DNA of 64,000 nucleotides from NCBI GenBank assembly GCA_964016885.1, contig OZ024741.1, positions 332,630,001 through 332,694,000 of the forward strand, written 5' to 3'. The notes beneath the pieces were generated by a model. The model was not told the origin of the DNA. It saw only the letters and a program-made list of their open reading frames with translations, and did no database searches. Made by a program: the position numbers and the translations under genes. This stretch comes from Eledone cirrhosa. Its lineage: Eukaryota. This document shows, piece by piece, positions 1 through 13,673 of the stretch; position 1 is the first letter of the stretch, and each line of letters begins with the position of its first letter.

Positions 1-960
1 GCCTTTGAGGCAAGCCAGCAAGTGCAACTTCATGCCAACAGTGTCTGTTTCCCATCAAGGTTTGTTGGTCATCCTTGTCAATTGAAGTGTCTCTTGCTAA
101 TGTATCCTGGTATCTGAGCTTTCTGGTAGAGGAGATCTCCTACAACAAGAGGTCTGAAACCATCTTATATTTTGTACAGAAGCAGTGACCAGCAAACTTT
201 GTACAATGTTCAATCAGTCATGCACTTAGTTGTGCACTTAGAAGAGGGGTAGGAAGGAAGGTATCCTCAAAACAGAGATCTGGACCAGGGTGGGCTCTGT
301 AAAAGACACATAAGGGCCAGGTAGTGATATTAAACTGAGCAACAGATTAAGTATACTATCTTAAAAAGAATACAATGATACATTTGATAATGTATTCCTA
401 GATACACTATGTCTTAATGTATTTCTTGATACACTTTTGATAATGTATTTCTAGATACACTTTGTCTTAAATGGGTACAAGGATTTCATATCATATCTGA
501 AATGTTTCATCACCACTAACCTGGGGCTTAGCTACAATAATGATAACAACAACGATGATTAAAAAAACACCTAAATCTTGATACAACAAATAAAACATTA
601 CTTGAGTTCTAGATAAATTGTTTCTCACTCTCATAAAGAAATTTTCTTGAAAATGTCAGGATTCTTGTCTGCCCAGTGGCATACAAACTTATCCAAATTA
701 TGAAATGTCACTAAATTTAGATGCAGTCAAGCTTCAGCATTATATTTTCTTAGAAGAGGAATTGAACTCACAACATCATGATTGCGAATCCAATTCTCTA
801 ACCACTAAGCCATATGCCTTCACAGCCAATATAAGGTTGCATAACGATTGTTATTCTCATATCAATATTTACTAATGGAATATTTCCCAGATTTATTTTG
901 TTGTGACAATCTAATTTATAAATGTGCTCATAAATTTATGTCTTTAATTATACTAATAAA

Positions 961-987
961 CTAATATTTTTTCTCTTCTTTTTTCAG
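961..987 (+). promoter_or_regulatory. Splice acceptor (branch point-like CTAAT, polypyrimidine tract, CAG) upstream of the protocadherin ATG
   Basis: ctaatattttttctcttcttttttcag ends at 987, 39 nt before ATG 1027. This implies a 5' UTR exon further upstream. Confidence 0.75.
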
Positions 988-1026
988 AAAAATATCGATG
1001 TTATGATCTTTTGAATGTAACAGCTT

Positions 1027-3423
1027 ATGAATATAAATATGTTAGTATTGGTGTATATAGTGTTTGCTTTGTTCCCTCAATGCCTGAGTGGGAAACTAAC
1101 TTATTATGTTGAGGAGGAGAAAAGTCCTGGTACTTATGTTGGCGATATTGCAGCCGACACGCAACTATTGGACAGTATACCAGTTGAAAACCCTGACTTA
1201 ATTAGATTCAGTCAGTTACAACAAAGTGCTACAAGTGATTCTGACCTCTTCAATGTTTCAAGAACTGGAAAGCTGTACACAGCCAAGAAACTAGATGCCG
1301 AAATGCTGTGTGTTTACAATGTAGAGTGTTTCAAAACTCTCAAAATCGCAGTTCACCAAGCAGGAACATTCATGAGGATTTTAAAGATAAAGGTCTTTAT
1401 CAAAGACGTCAACGACCATGAACCAAAGTTTCCCAAAAAAGAAACTGAACTCTATTTTGATGAAAATGATCAAGAGGGAACAACTCAATCAATTCCAGAT
1501 GCTGTGGATAAAGATGTTGGCATTCTGAATTCACAGATTACATACCAGCTTCGCAAGAATTCAGATGAACCTTTCACTTTGTCTACTTCTAAGAGAGTTG
1601 ATGGCCGAGCTAAACTTGAAATAATTCTGGAAGCCAAACTCGATAGAGAATTAAGAGAAAACTACATGGTGCAAATTGTATCCAAAGACGGTGGATTTCC
1701 ATCCAAGGAAGGTTTATTAAATATAAAAATATCCGTCAATGATGAAAATGACAATCCCCCTGTGTTTTCTCAGAGTGTATATAATATTTCTATCAAACAC
1801 ACCCATCAAATGAATACACCTGTTGTAATCTTGTCTTCCAAAGACTTAGATTCTGGTAAATATGGAAGAGTATCATACCTCTTCAGTTCTAAGACATCAG
1901 ACTTAGCTCAGTCTTATTTCCATGTCGAAGAAAGCACAGGAGAAATATTTGCTAAAAAACAATTTCCCTCCATTCAAAAACTGTCTTATAAGTTATTTGT
2001 TGATGCCCTAGATGGAGGCATTCCTCCATTAGGGTCTACTGCTATAGTTCTGATTACAGTCACTAATCAGCAAAACAATGCACCAAATATAGACGTCAAC
2101 TTCGTTTCTGCATTTTCCGAGAACACTGTAACAATATCTGAAGGAATTAAAGTTGGAAGTTTCATAGCTTATGTCATGGTTACCGATAATGACATTGGAC
2201 GGAATGGAGAGGTCACCTGTACTTTAGACCATGACAGATTCCAATTACGAAACATGGAAGCTAAGGAATACAAAGTGCTCTTGAAGAATTCTGTGGACAG
2301 AGAATCAAAAAATTTGTTTAATGTGAAAATAATTTGCCAAGACAGAGGGCACCCTCCCTTGCAGACAGAGAAAAAATTCTTCATTAAAGTCGTTGACGTA
2401 AATGATGTACAGCCTCAATTCACAAAAAAGACATTCAAATTTCTGACTTACGAAAATGAAGAAGTGAATTTTCCTGTTGGTCTTGTTAATGCCACTGACC
2501 CAGATATGGGGGCTGGTGGACAACTTACTTATTCTTTGTATGGCAAAAATGCCTCCCTTTTACCTTTTAAGATCACTGATAATGGATTCATTTTAACTAA
2601 AAGGGCTTTGGATTATGAACGCCAAGACATATATGTATTCCAAGTTTTAGTGAAAGACAATGGAATTCCTCCTCTAAACAACACAGTCAATGTTGTTGTT
2701 GAAGTTATGGATGAAAATGACAATGCCCCATATTTTACGTTTCCAAGCATCAGTCCCTTCAATCTGGATGTATATTATGAACCACATAACAACAAAAAAG
2801 TTATCACTCTAAAGGCTATAGATAATGACAGTCCACGCAATTCATTTCTTCGTTACAAAATAATCCGTGGAAATAATAAACATCTTTTTACTATCAATCC
2901 TTACACTGGAGTGCTAACATTTTCACGAACTGTTTATCAAAGTGATGCTGGGTTGTATTATTTGCAGTGTATTGTCAAAGATAGTGGGATTCCAGTTCTG
3001 TCAGCTGCAACCAATCTCTCCATAACTTTAACTGTTAGCAACAAAACATCAGAGAAAATGGCAGTCAGCCATACTGACAGTGATAAAAGAATACATCTGA
3101 GCTTAGTGGTTATCATTACATTGGCAGCAGTAACAGTATCAATGGCAGTTGTCATTTCAATATCTGTTTGTATTGTCAGATGCAACAATAGTAAAAATGC
3201 GTCACACAGAGCTGAGATAGTTACACCAAGTCGGATAAAGAATGAAGAAAAATATTTGATCTCTCGAACTAACAACCCTGTCATCAACACAGGAAATCAG
3301 AAAGAAATGATTAATAAAACGACCCATTCATTAAAATCACAGAGTCACCTTTACCCAGAAAATGAATTAGAAAATGAATGGAGGACATCTACAATGGTAA
3401 AAAAGCTGCCTATAGCTACACAG
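1027..3423 (+). CDS. Protocadherin, large ectodomain/TM exon (cephalopod-expanded type); continues by splicing after 3423, or reads through to TAA at 3444
   Basis: 805-aa ORF with a hydrophobic signal peptide and six cadherin repeats. Ca-binding linkers DVNDHEP, DENDNPP, NQQNNAP, DVNDVQP, DENDNAP; LDAE/LDRE/VDRE/LDYE motifs; AxDxD motifs; EC1 Cys-X5-Cys (CVYNVEC); TM helix LSLVVIITLAAVTVSMAVVISISVCIV. The whole ectodomain lies in one exon. Confidence 0.95.
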
Positions 3424-3429
3424 GTGAGT
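3421..3429 (+). promoter_or_regulatory. Splice donor ending the protocadherin exon (phase 0)
   Basis: CAG|GTGAGT consensus donor in frame, followed by a T-rich run and a stop six codons later. Confidence 0.8.
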
Positions 3430-3678
3430 TCTTTTATTTTGTAATTGTTTATTCCAGTGTTATTTGTTTGTAATGAAAGGAATGTTGTCATGTTTACATC
3501 CACCATAGAGTTTGACTAAGCTGATAATAGATAGAAGCTATGAGAATTTATGTCATGAAATGTCATAGCAATGCTGTACTTAACCCTTTTGATACCAAAC
3601 TGGTTGAAACTGCTCCTGGTTTTATGATACAAAATTGTATACCTTAAAGTGTTTATCATCATCATTGTTATTATGTAA

Positions 3679-4128
3679 GGGTGGTGGATTGGCAGTAATC
3701 GGTAGAGCATCAGACAACATGTTATGTGGCAGAGAGCTATGTCCTGTTACATTCTGAGTTCAAATCCTGCCAAGGTTAGCTTTGCTTTTCATCCATATGA
3801 GATAAAAAAAATAATGTACCAGTAATGTACTGGGGTCAATTTAATCGACTTTCCCCTTCTTCAGAATTGTTGGCCTTGTGCCTAAATCAAAAAACATTAT
3901 TATTTAAGGGAGGTATATTGGCAGTATAGGTAGAGTGTCAGACAACAGGCTATGCAGCATAGAATTATGATCCTTTGCGTTCTGAGTTCAAATCTTGCTG
4001 AGGTTAGCTTTGCTTTTATCCTTATGAGGCTGATTAAATAAAGTACCAGTAACACCCTGGGGTCGATTTAATCGACTTTCCCTTTTCTCAAAATTGTTGG
4101 TCTTGTACTTAAATCAGAAACCATTATT
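3679..4128 (+). mobile_element. Two tandem copies of tRNA-derived SINE family A
   Basis: Each copy has a TGGCAG..GGTAGAG A-box-like head, a GAGTTCAAATC B box, the conserved core tttgc(c/t)tttcatcc...ataaagtaccagt, and an ATT-type tail. Confidence 0.8.
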
Positions 4129-5711
4129 TAACATCCATTTTCCATGAGAGTAAGATATATTGTCGCAGACCAATCAGTACTCAAATAGAACCACTGATCT
4201 CTCAAAGGGATTGGGGGGTCTATATCTCTCTTACACGTATTCGTATACTCTATCGATTGCTCCAGCAGACTGGAGGCCTGACATATGATCTTCTGTTCTA
4301 CTGATCCCACTATCATGGCACCAACACAAGAGAATTTGTCAAATCTTTGACACAGTTAGAGTCCTCCCAGTCAAGTCCTCTGCAAGTTTTCTATGGCTGG
4401 CTGCTCTTCGTCTTTCATCATACATTTATGTAAGAACCTTTTTTAAGTCATGTTCCAAACACCAGCTTAATAATGAGAAAGTTAGTTACATTTCTAGATC
4501 CCTCCAAATTCTTGATTATTTTCAAAAATTATTTGAAAATCCTAAACAGTGCCTTTGTTTTGAATATATTATCTTCACAAAGATTTAATATAAAGATCTA
4601 AACCAGATCAGCCTATGTTTAAAACATATCAGACACTGAATAATGTTAATAAACACAGACTCATGTTGATTTTAATTAGGTCATATACTCTTGAACTCTA
4701 GTTTATCATGAACAGGTCAGATCACCTCTATGTTCTTATGGAGACTACCTAGAAACTCTATGACACTATTTGTTCTAACGTAAAAACTACAAAGATTAGG
4801 GGTGCAATATATTGTTACAGCTCTACCAACCATTATCAAGATTTTCCAGTACTTGGTGGTCACAAAAGGATTAAAAACTAGAAACTTTTAGCAGCTTTAT
4901 AAGTCATCCTTATTTCCACCTTTTTTCTTATTTATGCTTCTTTTGCCTTCTGTTTTCCGTCTTTCTATTTCTCTCTCTTATTTTTGTTTCATAATTATAA
5001 AGGGGTATTAGATACCTCTTCTAGTCTTCCATGGCATACTAGCTCTATACAGACATTTAAATTGATTAAAGAAAGAGAGAAAGAAAGATACCCTGATAAC
5101 TAGCATTGAATAACACATTCTGAATATTTTAGCTGACTAAGGGACATTTTTACAATTCATTATTGGAAATCAATATATCAGGTCAGCATAGGCAAAAGAT
5201 TGTAAACCACATCATCTGTTAGTGAATACAAATTTCCCTCCTTTCTCTGTAATTCAAGATTATTCTACTCCCCAAGGGATTAGCACTAATAAATGGCTCT
5301 CTTGCTAGTAAACTTATACATTTCAAAATTCGTTATTTCCTTCTGCATTTATGGAAGATTAAACTCTACTGAAATAAATATCTGATTCTCTTAAACTGAT
5401 TTCCGTTTTAATAAAACAATAAAAACCACCCCATTTTCCTCCATTCTCCCCCATTCTCGAGTTTTCCTTTTGTCTCAACTAATCATACCAAGAATTAATT
5501 TCACTTCACTATGAAAATGAATCTTGAACCAATAAGTTCTTTGTAGGATTGATAAAGGCAGACATAAATAACAATAAGTGCAACTAAAAATAATAGCAGC
5601 AGCGATGAATTGTAAGTGTTTTCCAACTGAATAAATTTGCTTGTTTAGCAATTTTTCAGATAATTGCTGCTGACCTTTTTGCCACACTTAGAAAAATAAT
5701 TACTCCATTTT

Positions 5712-5970
<259 letters not shown>

Positions 5971-6559
5971 ATATTTCATACCCTAAAAACATACTAAGAA
6001 GAACATATTATATTTACACACACACACACAACACATCTATATATAAACAGATATTTGAATACCCATACACCAGGCATACATACATACATTTAATGTGTGT
6101 GTGTATGTATATATTCACATAGGACAAGAGACATGCTTACACATCCCACACTCATATGAGTGTGTATATATGCTCACGCACATACACACAGAAGCATACA
6201 GCATGCACTCAGATATACTGATACTATGCATTAAAATTCACACTTACACACACAAACACCTCATACATTATTCTCCCCTCCCCATGCATGAACAAATCAA
6301 ATTTAACTTGTTTTGTTATTTGACCTAATAAGGCCATAGAATTCACTTCCATTTGATTAGTTCTTTACTTCAAAATATAATCTATCATAATCATAAATGT
6401 GAAAAAAATGAAACAATATGACAAAACTGCATGTAACCCTTTCATGGCAGTATTTCTAATGAGTTGACTGTAATGTGTTTCAATTAATTTTTAGTGTAAT
6501 AAAGATTTTAGTGAAATTTAGTAAAATATGAGTGAATATATTGCTATATATTATACTGA

Positions 6560-7060
6560 GGATAGAATTAACTCTTGTGTGGTAGACTTAATTTTTGGTA
6601 GTAGACATAATCTTGGGTGGTAGACTTAACATTGGATGGTAAACATAATTTTGGGTGGTAGACATAATTTTGGTGGAAGACTTAACTTTTGGTGGTAGAA
6701 TTAATATTTTTTAACGGGGTGGGGGGCATAATTTTGGTGGGGTAGACATAATTTTGGGTGGTAGACATAATTTTAGGTGGTAGACATAATTTTGGGTGGT
6801 AGACATAATTTTAGGTGGTAGTCTTAATTTTGTGTGGTACACGTAATTTTGGGGAGTAGAATTCACCTTGGGTGGTAAATTTAAATGTTAGGTGGTAGAC
6901 TTAATTTTGGGTGGTAGAATTAGTAGTGGGTGTGGTAGACTTAATCCTGAGTAGCAGACTTAGTCTATGGGGGTAGACTTAACCTTGAGTGGTAGACTTA
7001 ACTTTGAGTGGTGGGCTAAATTTGAGGTGTGGTAGAAGCAATTTTGGGTAGGAGACTTGA
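6560..7060. repeat. Minisatellite, ~20-21 bp unit GGTGGTAGAC(A/T)TAATTTTG
   Basis: About 20 degenerate tandem units. Confidence 0.9.
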
Positions 7061-7399
7061 TCTGTCACACAGTTTAAGACCTCTCTTGGTCTGTTAACAG
7101 ATTCCATTCTGTTGCAAGCATTCAGACCAGGTATCCTGTTTGACGATACCTTCCACCAGTCTTAGAAGCCCTAAAAATGGTCATAGCCTGGACACTTCTT
7201 TTTCTGACTAAAATTTGTTTTTAAAAATGAGATTTTAATTGAGATTTTAAATGAAATCTGATTATTTTAGCAAGAGCAGTCCTAGGCATTCTGATATTAA
7301 AATGGTTGATGTTAAATAAATAAATAAAGGATTAGGTATTTTGTTTAGATGTAGTTCTCAAGAAATGAGATATTTTGTATCTTAATCTGATGAAATTAC

Positions 7400-7640
7400 A
7401 TTTGATGAATGTGACTGGATGTGAGAAGTAATGGAAATGAATGTGGAAGGGAGTGGAGGAAAGGAAAGACCAAGTAAGCTATGGCAGGGAGGAGGAAATG
7501 GAAGCTAGTAGGTTGGTTAGTGAGGAGGAATGTAAATGATAGAGCAAAGTGGAGAAGCTTGCTACACCCACCCCCTCTGCAAAGCTAACACTTTACTTTA
7601 ACAGAGAAAATGGCTTTAAAACACTTGCTATTGTTGTTGT
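7400..7640 (+). mobile_element. Degenerate RTE-type LINE 3' fragment
   Basis: Encodes a decayed VEG..GKGRP..W-like C-terminal motif, followed by a gaaaatggctttaaaac tail. Confidence 0.45.
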
Positions 7641-8388
7641 TTATCCCACATCTTAGATATTTTGTTGAAGACTGTATTTTAGGATTTATTTCACTGAAAA
7701 ATATCTCTTCACAAATTTATTACATTTTCCTCTAAAATGATAGGTTTGACACAGAAATCATTCAATGTCTCTGATATAATTTTTTGTAGCCAAAAACTCT
7801 AGCAAACAAATTATAAAACAAGATAGAAAAGGAAGTCATTAGTCTACCAATAAGTATATATCTTCCATTATTTTGAATAAATCATTAGATAAATACTATT
7901 TAGTTGTATATGATTATAGGTTTGACATCATATACTAGCATTGCTAAACATTTTTTCTTTTCTTTTCTATTTCTGTCTGTTTAATTGATTTTGCAATAAT
8001 TTCTCTATAACAAAAGGTTCGTTATGGTGTTATTTTTCCATCTGGAGTTACAATCTTTGATAATTAGATTTGTTTATTCCACACAGTACCAACGAACAAT
8101 GATCAACATTTTTAGTTTATTTATTTTGCTATTGTTTTCCTTTTTATTTTTTATCTATTGTTTTTCTTAATCTTTTGAATAGTCAGATATTTTCAGAGGT
8201 ATAATTAACTATTTCAATACTAAACTACCTCAGTTCCACAATACAAAACTGTTTATTTTAAAGTGTATGTATTTATCTAAAATCCTTCCATCAAAAATTT
8301 ATGTAAGAAATTTTGTTAAGGTATACACTAAACCCAGGTATATAATGAGAAAGATAGTTATATTACTGACTCCCTTCGAGTTTTTGAT

Positions 8389-8590
8389 TACCATATAAAC
8401 TCAAATATAAGCCAATCTTCCCCCTCCCATTTTATGTCTGAGGAATAGGCAAAAATCCAAACTCCATTTATAAAGTGAGGCAGCTAATCAACACATTGTT
8501 CAGATGGCATATATAAGCCAACCTCCAATTTTACCATTGATTTTTTTGGGGTCACATATACCTCAGCTTATATTTGAATATATACGGTAT
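8389..8590. mobile_element. Tc1/mariner-superfamily (Tc2/pogo-like) MITE
   Basis: Terminal inverted repeats taccatataaactcaaatataagc / gcttatatttgaatatatacggta with TA ends. A second copy lies in the opposite orientation at 53335-53527. Confidence 0.7.
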
Positions 8591-8717
8591 TTCAAAAATT
8601 GTTTAAAAATCATAAGCAGTGTTTTTCATTAGAAATATGGTAAGAAAAGAGTTATGTGAGAGAATTTCAATTTTACTCTTATAATACACTGATTTTTACA
8701 AATACCACAATATATAT

Positions 8718-8960
8718 GGCTGTTGGGATTGCAATCATGAGGTTGTGAGTTCGATTCTTGGACTCGGTGATGCATTGTCCTTGAGCAAGACACTTTATTC
8801 CATGTCGCTCCAGATTACTCAGCTGCAGAAATGAGTTGTGATGTCACTGGTAACAAGCTGTATTGGTCAGTGCCTTTCCCTTGGAAACATCAGTGGCATG
8901 GAGAGGGAAGACTGGTATGCATGGGTGACAGTTGATCTTCTACAAACAACCTTGTCGAGA
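8718..8960 (+). mobile_element. tRNA-derived SINE family B
   Basis: B box gagttcgattc and core tccttgagcaagacacttta...actcagctg...aaatgag shared with other copies. Confidence 0.7.
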
Positions 8961-9064
8961 CTGACTGATGTAGCATGGTTAATCATTGATGTAGTTTAAC
9001 AGATTGTTATCTGTGTACCTTTGTTACTTTTAATTTTTGTTAAATTTAGACAACAACAACAACA

Positions 9065-9522
9065 ATAATAATAATTGTTTCTACTTTTGGCACAAGGCCA
9101 ATTACCCCAGTGTATTACTGGTACTTTATTTTATCAACCCCGTAAGGATGACAGGCAAAGTTAACCTCGGTGGGATTTGAACTCAGAACATAAAGGGCCG
9201 TAACTCTATGCTGCAAAGTATGGTGTCCGACTCTCTACCGATACTGCCAATCCACTTTACAATAATAATAATTGTTTCTACTTTTGTCACAAGGCCAACA
9301 ATTACCCAGTACGTTACTGGTACTTTATTTTATCAACCCCATAAGGATGAAAGGCAGAGTTAACCTCGGCGGGATTTGAACTCAGAATGGCAAGGGACGT
9401 AACTCTATGCATCAAAGCATGGCATCTGACCCTCTACCGATAATAATAATAATAATTGTTTCTACTTTTGACACAAGGCCAGCAATTACCCAGTACATTA
9501 CTGGTACTGTACTGGGTAATTG
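9065..9522 (-). mobile_element. Three head-to-tail SINE family A copies; the last is truncated with a fold-back
   Basis: Repeated aataataattgtttctacttttg(g/t/a)cacaaggcc...ggatttgaactcaga...ctctaccgata units. Confidence 0.85.
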
Positions 9523-11129
9523 ATATGTGTGTTTCTTTAGAGAACTATATTAGTTTTTCATGGAAAATAATATTTAAAATTGGATTTAAATAAATTGTGT
9601 TTTAGACAAATTCATCTAAAATTGCCCTTCTTAACACTTTACAGCTTGTACTGGGAGCGTTTTAGTGTGACTCTAGTACTACCACCTGACAGGGTGGAAT
9701 AGAATGCTTTTTATCATAGCACCAACACTACTGGGAGTTTTTTGTCATGACATCAGTACAACTCCCTTAGAGATGGGGCACTGGGTTCTTTTCATTATGA
9801 CACTGGTACTACCACCATTTAGAGTAGACTGATATAAAACATCACTGTATTTTGTCTTCTTATTAATAAAGAAAAAAGGATGCGGCTTAGTGGTGAGAGA
9901 ATTGAATTCACAATTGAGAAGTTCTGAGTTTGACTTCTAACCCAGGTGATGCGTTATGTCCTTGAATAAGACACTTTATTTCAAGTTGTTCTTTCTGCCA
10001 GTTGTGGCACAAAAAAACTCGAAGGAAAAAAAAAATTAATTTCCCCACTGCAATTGGTGACAGTGTTTTTCTATAGGTAGTATCAGCAATGGAATAACCA
10101 ATCAAAACCTTGTTTCCTTGGTCCAATTTGGCGAGTTATACCTCACTCGGTAAGCAAATGAGTTTTGGGGGATTTTATTAATAAAGAAAGAAGGCAAAAC
10201 ATTCACTAATATTTGGTGGTGAGGTGGAGGATAACTGGTGTTTTTTAAGCAGCACTCTGTAAAACTCAATCAACTGAAACTCACCATCTTTTATCATTAT
10301 CAGCATCAGCTACATTTTATGTCTGTTTTTCCATGCTCGTATGGTTTGGATGAGTCTTTTCCAGCACTATTCCTTCATCATCTCCTCTGTGATATTCAGT
10401 GTTTAGAGATCCACTCTCACCAATTCTGCCCAGATCTTCCTTGGTTTTCCTCTACTCTAGCTTCCTTCCAATTACTGTATTCCTTCACCATTTCTTCTTA
10501 GAGATTCAGTGTTTTGAATCAGCTCTCACCATTTCTACTCAGGTATTCTTAGCTTTTAAACTTTAAATTCCAATGCTTTCTTGATGCCTTCTTTCATTTT
10601 TTTTTCTCATGATAAATTTAATAAGCCATCATTTTAACTAAATAAAATAGAAAGAAACTAATCAATAGAAATTTATCAGAACCCTAACCTAGAAAGATTT
10701 TCTTCCTTAAAACATGAAATGAGAACTATTACCATAGTTGATACATAATAAATATCTTTTTCTTCTTGAGTCATTTGATGTTTTGAGGTGGTGGTAAGGC
10801 ATTGGCAAAGTTTGATCTCCAGAATCCTAAGTCTACCATTGCAGCACACAGATCTGCTCCTTTGAGGCCAGTATCCATTTTGATGATTAACTGATTTCAA
10901 GGTGATATATGGCTACCCAACTCATCTCTTCGTGTCCAGAATCGAGAGGAGCAATCTTCTACCAGGATTAATGGCCAGACGATGGCACCTCACAACATCA
11001 TAAATACAGTTCAAGCTATTCTTTCTAAAATTCTACAGGTTTTAAGGGATCAAATAAGGAAATTACACAATAAAAATAAATAAATAAGAAATACAACATA
11101 AAAATAAATAAAAGAACAAATTCATAATC

Positions 11130-11490
11130 ATCATCAACATCATCATTATCATCGTTTTACGTCCACTTTTTCATGCTTGCATGGGTTGACGGGTCCTCGG
11201 CACGGCATCTCTCTACTTGTCGTGTTCCTTCATCAACTCCTCTGCCAGTCTTAGCGATTTGAGGTCAGCTCTTGCAGCCTCTGCCCACGTCTTTCTTGGT
11301 TGTCCTCTATTGTGGCTTCCTTCCCATGGGATTTCCTGGCATTTCTTTACCCATTAGCCATTGTCCACGCGCATTACATGTCAATACCAATGCAGTCTTC
11401 TCTCCTGCACACCACCTTGGATTCCTCTTAAATCCAGCTCCCCCCCCCTGAGATCGTCCAAGCTCTGCCTTTCTCTCACACTTACATTGT
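11130..11490 (-). mobile_element. RTE-type LINE 3' fragment
   Basis: Minus strand encodes decayed RLHWY.HVMR..D..WVKKC and GQPRKTW motifs, then a catgcaagcatg..gtggacgtaaaac(GAT)n tail. Confidence 0.75.
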
Positions 11491-11859
11491 CCAAGAAATA
11501 ATCAACCATACTAATATGTCATGTGTGCTTGTATATATATATATATATCCATCTGAAACTATAAAATTTACATACACATACACAATGCATTTCCCATTTC
11601 AGTTTTATTTGTCCCTGTAAATAATTATTTCACGAAAGTCACTCATTCATTTAATCTTGTATGTCATTTTTTCATACATGTTGAACATTTATGTAATCAT
11701 TTCATAGAAATTATTAAAATAATATTATTATCTTTAATCACTTCTATATGTCACTAATCAACATAAACTATAGGATTTCTCATATGCACACTATAAATTT
11801 GAAAATGTTAATTTCCCAGTTTATGTAATTGCGAATATCTCCAGTAATCCTGGTATATG

Positions 11860-12730
11860 TATGTTTGGACCTGTAACTTCTGATAAAGTTGTAGGGGTAC
11901 CGTAGTGGCATACATTGTTTCTTGGGTATTTATTTTTTAAAACTTGGTGGAGCCCATCTCCTCTCCAGGGCTGAACTCACCAGATATATTCCAGAGAATG
12001 AAAGAGAATGAGTGATAGAGAGGAAGTATTGATCCCAGTTCTGAGTTGCTACTTCTTTTATTAACCTCTAGATGAAAGGCAAAATTGACCTCAGTGGGAT
12101 TTGAATTCAGAGAGAAGAGAGTTGGAATGAATATCGCAAAGCATTTTACCCACCATTTATTAATGATTCTGCCAATATGCTGCCTAATGGATACCAATCC
12201 TGGATTCCAGAAATTAAATATATTCAGCACAAATTCACTAGTTGTTAATAGTTTCCTATTTCAAGTTAGTTATGACTTAATCATAGGCAGTGAATTGGCA
12301 GAGTTGTTAGAACATTGGATAGAATGCTTTGCAGCATTCATTTTGGCTCTCTGCTCTCTAAGTTTAAATACAACCGAGATCAACTTTGCCTTTCATCCAT
12401 TCAGGTCAATAGAAAAAGTACCAGACTAGTACTGGGGTTGTTTCTTCCTCTATATCACTTTCTTACTTCCATTCTCTCACTGTCTCTTTTTATCCTTCTC
12501 TGGGAGAGATTTCCTGTATTCAGACCTGGAGAGGAGATGGGCTCCACCAGGTTTTAAAAAGAAATGCCCTAGAAGCACCACAGTGCACCTATGGGCTCCA
12601 CCAGGTTTTAAAAAGAAATGCCCTACAAACACCACAGTGCACCTATGGGCTCCACCAGGTTTTAAAAAGAAATGCCCTAGAAACACCACAGTGCACCTAT
12701 GTCTCCACCAAGAGTTACAGGACCATACAT
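11860..12730. repeat. Inverted pair of a SINE-A-derived long repeat (11860-12185 minus; 12285-12730 plus); the plus copy has a 52-bp internal tandem triplication
   Basis: ggtggagcccatctcctctccagg at ~11946 is the reverse complement of cctggagaggagatgggctccacc at ~12525. The unit atgggctccaccaggttttaaaaagaaatgcccta...gtgcacct occurs three times at 12537-12705. Confidence 0.75.
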
Positions 12731-12819
12731 ACATGATTTAACTGTTCACTTTGTAGGGTTAAATAAAATAAACTGCAACAATATAATGGCCTAAATAACA
12801 TATATTCTGTCTAAAATCT

Positions 12820-13097
12820 GTCTTGAGGCTGGAGGCTCATCAGGTCAGTGCTTATCAGTTTCCATGGCATTAAGTAACTGAGAGTACAAGATTCCCCACC
12901 TGGACAGAACACCAGTTCATCGCAGGGTTAAACCCCCCAGCTACTGCTGGTACTCATTTTCAGCTGAGTATACTGGAGCTAGGTGAATTGAAGTGTTTTT
13001 ATTAAGAACACAATACACAACCCAATCCAGGAAATTGAAACCCAACATATTATGATCTTAAGTCCAATACCCTTACCACTTGGCCATGCACCTCCAC
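12820..13097 (-). mobile_element. tRNA-derived SINE family B variant
   Basis: Reverse complement of the copy at 44328-44605 (ggagg..catggcc.agtggtaaggg...cagctgaaaatgagtaccagt...). Confidence 0.75.
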
Positions 13098-13120
13098 TTA
13101 TATATTCTGGGGCACACATA

Positions 13121-13291
13121 TACAAGGGTCAGCTGAAAAGTTCATAGGCTGACCAAGATACTCTCATGGAATGACCAAATGAGGTTTATTTTTCAACATA
13201 GTCCCTGGAAAGAGACAATGCATGCAACATTTCACAGCTCTAGCATCAATCCTTCATAGTCAGCCTATAAACTTTTCAAACAACCCTCATA
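13121..13291. mobile_element. Mariner-like MITE
   Basis: TA-flanked TIRs tacaagggtcagctgaaaagttcataggctgac / gtcagcctataaacttttc..accctcata. Other copies at 29632-29789, 39104-39288, 44831-45029 and 51653-51854. Confidence 0.8.
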
Positions 13292-13584
13292 TATACCTAT
13301 ATGTATCAGGATAAATCAATATAGAGAAATAAAATAGCATAGTGAGACTTTGGAATGTCTTGTATAACCATTTGAATAAATCCAAATGTATCCATAGTTT
13401 TGCTTGACCGATTCTTTTGTACTTTGAACATTTCATTGAGTAAAGTTTAATTTCCAAAGAAAGATCTCTGGAACGTTTTTGTTCTTGCAGGCATCTCAAA
13501 TGCTCTTTTTTGTATTCATTGAGTCATGTATGTTTCTCTAATTTATGCTTTACTTAAAGGTTTCGGACCCTTCTCCGACCCCCT

Positions 13585-13673
13585 TTCTTCTTCTTCTTCT
13601 TCTTCTTCTTCTTCTTCTTCTTCTTCTTCTTCTTCTTCTTCTTCTTCTTCTTCTTCTTCTTCTTCTTCTTCTT
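13585..13673. repeat. (TTC)n microsatellite
   Basis: Direct reading. Confidence 0.95.

Noticed and set aside
1-340. More GC-balanced sequence at the window start
   Set aside because: Possibly a LINE fragment, but no motif I can identify with confidence.
2169-3290. Short minus-strand ORFs overlapping the protocadherin
   Set aside because: Antisense shadows of the real CDS.
12537-12705. Regular repeats resembling a CRISPR array (also 6560-7060, 28905-29170, 36360-36545)
   Set aside because: Tandem units without unique spacers, no cas genes, and a eukaryotic context.
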